A stretch of DNA of 64,000 nucleotides from assembly GCA_964577565.1 (NCBI GenBank), contig CAZNZL010000001.1, positions 398,566 to 462,565 on the forward strand, read 5' to 3'. How positions within the stretch are numbered: position 1 is the first letter of the stretch; each line of letters opens with the position of its first letter. This document shows positions 60,658 through 64,000 of this stretch, in pieces. The translations under genes were made by a program, and so were the position numbers. The stretch comes from an uncultured Candidatus Saccharibacteria bacterium (GTDB taxonomy: Bacteria > Patescibacteriota > Saccharimonadia > Saccharimonadales > JAGQNJ01). Below the pieces are notes generated by a model that was not told the origin of the DNA, made no database searches, and saw only the letters and a list, made by a program, of their open reading frames with translations.

Positions 60658-61344
60658 CTATGTCTCTCCCTCTGCTGAATCAATATATCGTCTGGTCAAA
60701 AAATATTGAATATCAAGTTCATATTCCCCAAGCGCAAGATCACATACCATTTTGGCCATTGTTGGAATATCCGCTTCGCAAAAATCAGCAATTTCTGCCA
60801 CCTCAACACTCTCATTTCCCGCGTCTCGCAAGGGCATGAATTTCACGAGAGACAACAAGAGCTTATCGCCACCCGACAAACTAGAATATATTCCCGTCCC
60901 TCCAACTTTTTCTATAAGGCCAGGCTGGCTGGGCTTCGCTGGCATTAAGCATTCTCTATTGTGCAGGGGCAAATCAAAGTCAGGATAAGGCCGACCACTC
61001 GACAAAGCATCTATAGCAGAGTCATTAATAGAGCTCCTGAAACGAACCCGGTCTGGATTATTTCTAGCAACTTTTTCTCCAGCTGTCAGCATGACTTCAG
61101 AAACTTCACCTTCGGTTTGTCCACAACGAACCAAATAGCCTGCGAACGAAGCCAGTATATAAACATCACTGCCGTGCGCCATACCAAACCGTTTTGAAAC
61201 ACCGTCTTGGCTCGTCGGGTCATGATCTAAATCACCTTCCCATGTAGCCATAACAATATCACCATGACCAAAGTAACCTATCTCAAAACAACGATGCTCA
61301 CCTAGCTCTGATTCGGGTAATCTAGCTTTCTGCAGATGTTCCAT
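60658..61344 (-). CDS. hypothetical protein (228 aa)
   Basis: Track ORF. No recognisable motif. Confidence 0.5.
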   Translation of the reverse strand: MEHLQKARLPESELGEHRCFEIGYFGHGDIVMATWEGDLDHDPTSQDGVSKRFGMAHGSDVYILASFAGYLVRCGQTEGEVSEVMLTAGEKVARNNPDRVRFRSSINDSAIDALSSGRPYPDFDLPLHNRECLMPAKPSQPGLIEKVGGTGIYSSLSGGDKLLLSLVKFMPLRDAGNESVEVAEIADFCEADIPTMAKMVCDLALGEYELDIQYFLTRRYIDSAEGET

Positions 61345-61396
61345 AAAATAATCATGAGCTATAAGGTCGGCTTATTGCAAGCATGAGCAAGATACA

Positions 61397-61513
61397 TTAT
61401 CGATATTGATTGTGTTGCGATGATTTAACAAGCGGTACTTGTGGTGCGGTTCCTGCCTTGTTATGCAAATTTATTTTACCTTGTGATACCTTATCTGATT
61501 TGTGCTTGTTCAT
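61397..61513 (-). CDS. possible small protein (38 aa)
   Basis: MNKHKSDKVSQGKINLHNKAGTAPQVPLVKSSQHNQYR, with an AGGAGG RBS 6 nt upstream. Below the track cutoff. Confidence 0.35.
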   Translation of the reverse strand: MNKHKSDKVSQGKINLHNKAGTAPQVPLVKSSQHNQYR

Positions 61514-61584
61514 AAAATTCCTCCTGTTTAGCTATAGCAGTATCACATAGTTAGGGTTACCGAGCAGTGAGGTATTTTATACGG

Positions 61585-62493
61585 TTAGCATATATTGCGG
61601 TAAAGCTCTACGGTTTGGCGGGCGTTGGGTTCTATGTCTAATTGTCTGAGAGCCTCAGACGGTAATGCCCAAATATAGTCTTGCGCCTCTTCATTTAAAA
61701 CTACGTTTTTAGATTTTACTTTTACAATGTTATCTACAAAAATATGCTGCACACTCGATTGATAGTAGCCTGAGTTTTTAATCTGATCGAATGTGCAGAT
61801 GTGTTGCCCAACTTCGCCCTTCAGGCTGGTTTCTTCCTTCACCTCGCGCAGTAAAGCTTGTTGCAATCGTTCATGACGCCTAACTTTACCCCCAACTATT
61901 GAGTATCTATTACCCCATTTATGCGTTTTGACCAATAAAATCTCTTTCTCTTTTTGAGTTGTTATTGCTTGATGCTCGATAATCGCACCCGTTGCCACGA
62001 CTGACCCCGGCACCATCAAGGCCTCCCATAACTCATGAATCTTCTTTTCATTTTGCCTGACATTAGGGCTCGGTAACATATCGTAATCTTTAATGTACTG
62101 CGCCAGCACATCAGGTCGCCAAATCGAACGGCCGTGTATGTAAGCTGGATGGTCAGCCAATTTATGACTAAGAAAGCAACGCGTATTTGTTAGCTGCGCA
62201 ATCCCAAGCTCATATGAAGCACTCTTGCCAATATAACCACCCGGGTTTACAAAGTAACTAAAACCGTTGGGGCCCAGACGTTTGAGGTTGTGCAAGTATA
62301 ATAATTCAACCAGGCGGGGGTCTTTATCAACTTCATCTGCAAAAAGACCAAAGCCATCTTTCTCTGCCACCAGTTCTGCCATTTGTGGCGCCAATACTTC
62401 AATGCCTGCTTCAGTAAAAATTTCAGCTGCGCGTTGAATCTCACTAAAATGTTTTGAAAAACTCCCGTGAATAATACACCTAAACGCACCCAT
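61585..62493 (-). CDS. two-domain protein: N-terminal Rossmann-like (NDT-like, tentative) domain + C-terminal NUDIX hydrolase
   Basis: Nudix box GGKVRRHERLQQALLREVKEETSL. The N-terminal IIHGSFSKHFSEIQRAAEIFTEAGIEVLAP resembles NDT-like/GSF-type domains. Confidence 0.65.
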   Translation of the reverse strand: MGAFRCIIHGSFSKHFSEIQRAAEIFTEAGIEVLAPQMAELVAEKDGFGLFADEVDKDPRLVELLYLHNLKRLGPNGFSYFVNPGGYIGKSASYELGIAQLTNTRCFLSHKLADHPAYIHGRSIWRPDVLAQYIKDYDMLPSPNVRQNEKKIHELWEALMVPGSVVATGAIIEHQAITTQKEKEILLVKTHKWGNRYSIVGGKVRRHERLQQALLREVKEETSLKGEVGQHICTFDQIKNSGYYQSSVQHIFVDNIVKVKSKNVVLNEEAQDYIWALPSEALRQLDIEPNARQTVELYRNIC

Positions 62494-62566
62494 ACATTAA
62501 CTGTACACCTTGTGTTTAAAATAAACACAATCGGATAGGTTAATACTTCATGACCTGAAAGAGTAT

Positions 62567-63073
62567 CTATTCTTGCTCAAAGTCGATTTCACCATCGCGG
62601 AGTTCTTCGCGGAGTCTCATCCAGATTTTACCTAGCTCATTACGCCCATCACGATTAGGCCCCCATCCCCAAAAATCATCCTTTGTTGAATCTTCTACAA
62701 TTTCTAAATCTCCGCTTAATTCAAGTTTTGCGCGTACGTACGGGTTTTGAACTAACTTTAGTCTGCAAATTTCATACATTACATCAACTTTATGCTCATC
62801 CCAATCTTCGGCTCGCCGCTGTCTATGTTGTCTTGCGATCATTAAAGCATCATGAGGTGACCTTGCTTCCTGCAGTAATTCAACAACGTCTGGTGCAGTA
62901 CCAACAAATTTGGCCGCATGATAGGCATGCTCAGATGTAGGCCATCGATAATCCAAAAAATCGACCTGAAAAGCTGCAAAATTATCAAAGATATAAAATT
63001 CACGTGGATAAAATCCAATGATTTCACCTGATGTTTCTAGCTCCGGGTCTCTAAACTGAGCTGGTCGTTCCAT
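62567..63073 (-). CDS. NADAR (DUF1768/YbiA-like) domain protein
   Basis: FYIFDNFAAFQV..WPTSEHAYHAAKF..DFWGWG pattern typical of NADAR. Confidence 0.8.
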   Translation of the reverse strand: MERPAQFRDPELETSGEIIGFYPREFYIFDNFAAFQVDFLDYRWPTSEHAYHAAKFVGTAPDVVELLQEARSPHDALMIARQHRQRRAEDWDEHKVDVMYEICRLKLVQNPYVRAKLELSGDLEIVEDSTKDDFWGWGPNRDGRNELGKIWMRLREELRDGEIDFEQE

Positions 63074-63173
63074 ACGCTAAGTATTGCAAAAAATATCATT
63101 TAAGCAAGCATAGGCAACATGTCAGGTGACACATGCACCATTAACCAGATTATCTATGTCTATTCCTGGATAC

Positions 63174-63560
63174 TCAGCGTTTTGATTTGCTTTGGCGGAT
63201 TTCGTCGCGCAATTCTTCAATCATTAGTTGGGTTCGGTAACTTTCTTCTTCGCCTTTTCTAAAGAGGTATTCAGAAAACCCGACCACAAGCAATGCTTGC
63301 GTAAATAGCTGTAGCCATTCTGATTGCCAGTTTTCTAGGGTTGCACTCCAAAACTCTGGCCAAAATTCACTCATTTGAAACACTTGCCCGTGCTGCTCTG
63401 CTTGGTTTTTTTCTGCTTGCAGCTGCGTTGCAAATTGGCCGCCCCAACTTGCCAAGAAAAAAGCTAACAAGATAAATACAGCGGCCCATCGTCGCCAAAA
63501 GGTATTTTTCTTTCGATACTCTTGATTTAGGTTTTCAAACTCCTCTTTGAGATACGCCAT
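63174..63560 (-). CDS. small membrane protein (128 aa)
   Basis: One or two TM segments (WAAVFILLAFFLASWGG and LLVVGFSEYLF). No confident family. Confidence 0.5.
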   Translation of the reverse strand: MAYLKEEFENLNQEYRKKNTFWRRWAAVFILLAFFLASWGGQFATQLQAEKNQAEQHGQVFQMSEFWPEFWSATLENWQSEWLQLFTQALLVVGFSEYLFRKGEEESYRTQLMIEELRDEIRQSKSKR

Positions 63561-63674
63561 GCTACCGCTCCTTACCCCAACCCATCAATTTGTAACTTCA
63601 GTATTCAACAGAGTTTAAATGAATGCAAGCACAAGCAAAATAATACACTCATCTGACTACACTATATTTTGTTG

Positions 63675-63971
63675 TTAGCTAGTTTGAGAATAAAGATCTA
63701 TTACTGCTCTACTTATTGGTAGCCAGCGGGCTTGCTCAGTTTCTATACGTACTAAATCTACAAAATCATCTACAAAACTACCGCAATAGCGTCTCAATAA
63801 ATCAACTTTTGGTGTTTTTGTCCCTTTTAAGGCAGTTATTTCAGCCAATAAATCATGCGTGGCAGCTGTCACGTGTGCTGCGGCTTGAAAAAGCTCCTCA
63901 TTATCTGAAATGACACGTGCTACGTTTCGATGATCATCACGCTGTAAGGCAATAGTAGTGGCAGCAAACAT
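63675..63971 (-). CDS. hypothetical protein (98 aa)
   Basis: Track ORF close to the window end. Helical, with no motif recognised. Confidence 0.4.
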   Translation of the reverse strand: MFAATTIALQRDDHRNVARVISDNEELFQAAAHVTAATHDLLAEITALKGTKTPKVDLLRRYCGSFVDDFVDLVRIETEQARWLPISRAVIDLYSQTS

Positions 63972-64000
63972 ATTGAACCTAAACTTTGAAAGCCAAAATT

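Noticed and set aside
1-64000. Search for CRISPR arrays, rRNA, transposases, integrases, reverse transcriptase (retron/DGR), tmRNA, RNase P RNA and SRP RNA.
   Set aside because: I saw no regularly spaced direct repeats, no YxDD or DDE-type ORFs, and none of the conserved RNA signatures I can recognise by eye. This absence is not proof; a covariance-model scan is needed.

Overview
This 64-kb window reads like a chromosome segment from a small-genome, monoderm bacterium, probably CPR/Saccharibacteria-like. That assignment is an inference from gene content only: type IV pilin and pseudopilin genes, an LPXTG surface protein, tpiA-pgk-pyk, murD/murI/folD, and many small orphan genes. The standard genetic code applies, since TGA terminates rsmA at its normal length.

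Composition is strikingly mosaic. All GC values are hand-counted from sampled 60-nt lines, not computed over whole regions.
- Housekeeping blocks (about 7.9-23.4 kb and 44.5-50.6 kb) run at roughly 42-57% GC.
- Four GC-rich cassettes run at about 55-72% GC: 2.05-3.8 kb, 6.2-6.8 kb, 27.2-29.2 kb and 37.5-38.05 kb. They encode membrane, lipoprotein or unknown proteins. Three are driven by AT-rich, near-consensus sigma70-type promoters; the 27.2-29.2 kb block has no identifiable promoter and uses its own GC-rich RBSs.
- One AT-rich island (38.1-44.5 kb, about 22-30% GC) carries a tightly overlapping operon: PRTase fusion, HAD phosphatase, TrpF-like + RPE-like double barrel, and Ppx/GppA-like protein. 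It faces a convergent pair, an SDR and an NDT/DNPH1-like-RHH fusion. I cannot map this set to a known pathway.

Supported RNA and regulatory elements:
- a SAM-I riboswitch in front of metK (the ORF track had translated it as an N-terminal extension)
- a perfect CIRCE operator inside the hsp20 promoter
- tRNA-Glu(UUC) and tRNA-Lys(CUU)
- several intrinsic terminators
- a terminator-like leader in front of pdaD
- a recurring leaderless architecture (-10 box, then 6-7 nt, then ATG)

Selfish elements and gene decay:
- a 360-aa intein in helicase motif III of PcrA/UvrD
- a GIY-YIG ORF bracketed by a 16-bp inverted repeat and a 9-bp direct repeat that duplicates the murD start
- a 667-codon reading frame split by two in-frame stops inside a 4 x 27-nt tandem repeat

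I found no rRNA, CRISPR array, transposase, integrase or reverse transcriptase. All functional calls rest on motifs read by eye. No database search was possible.
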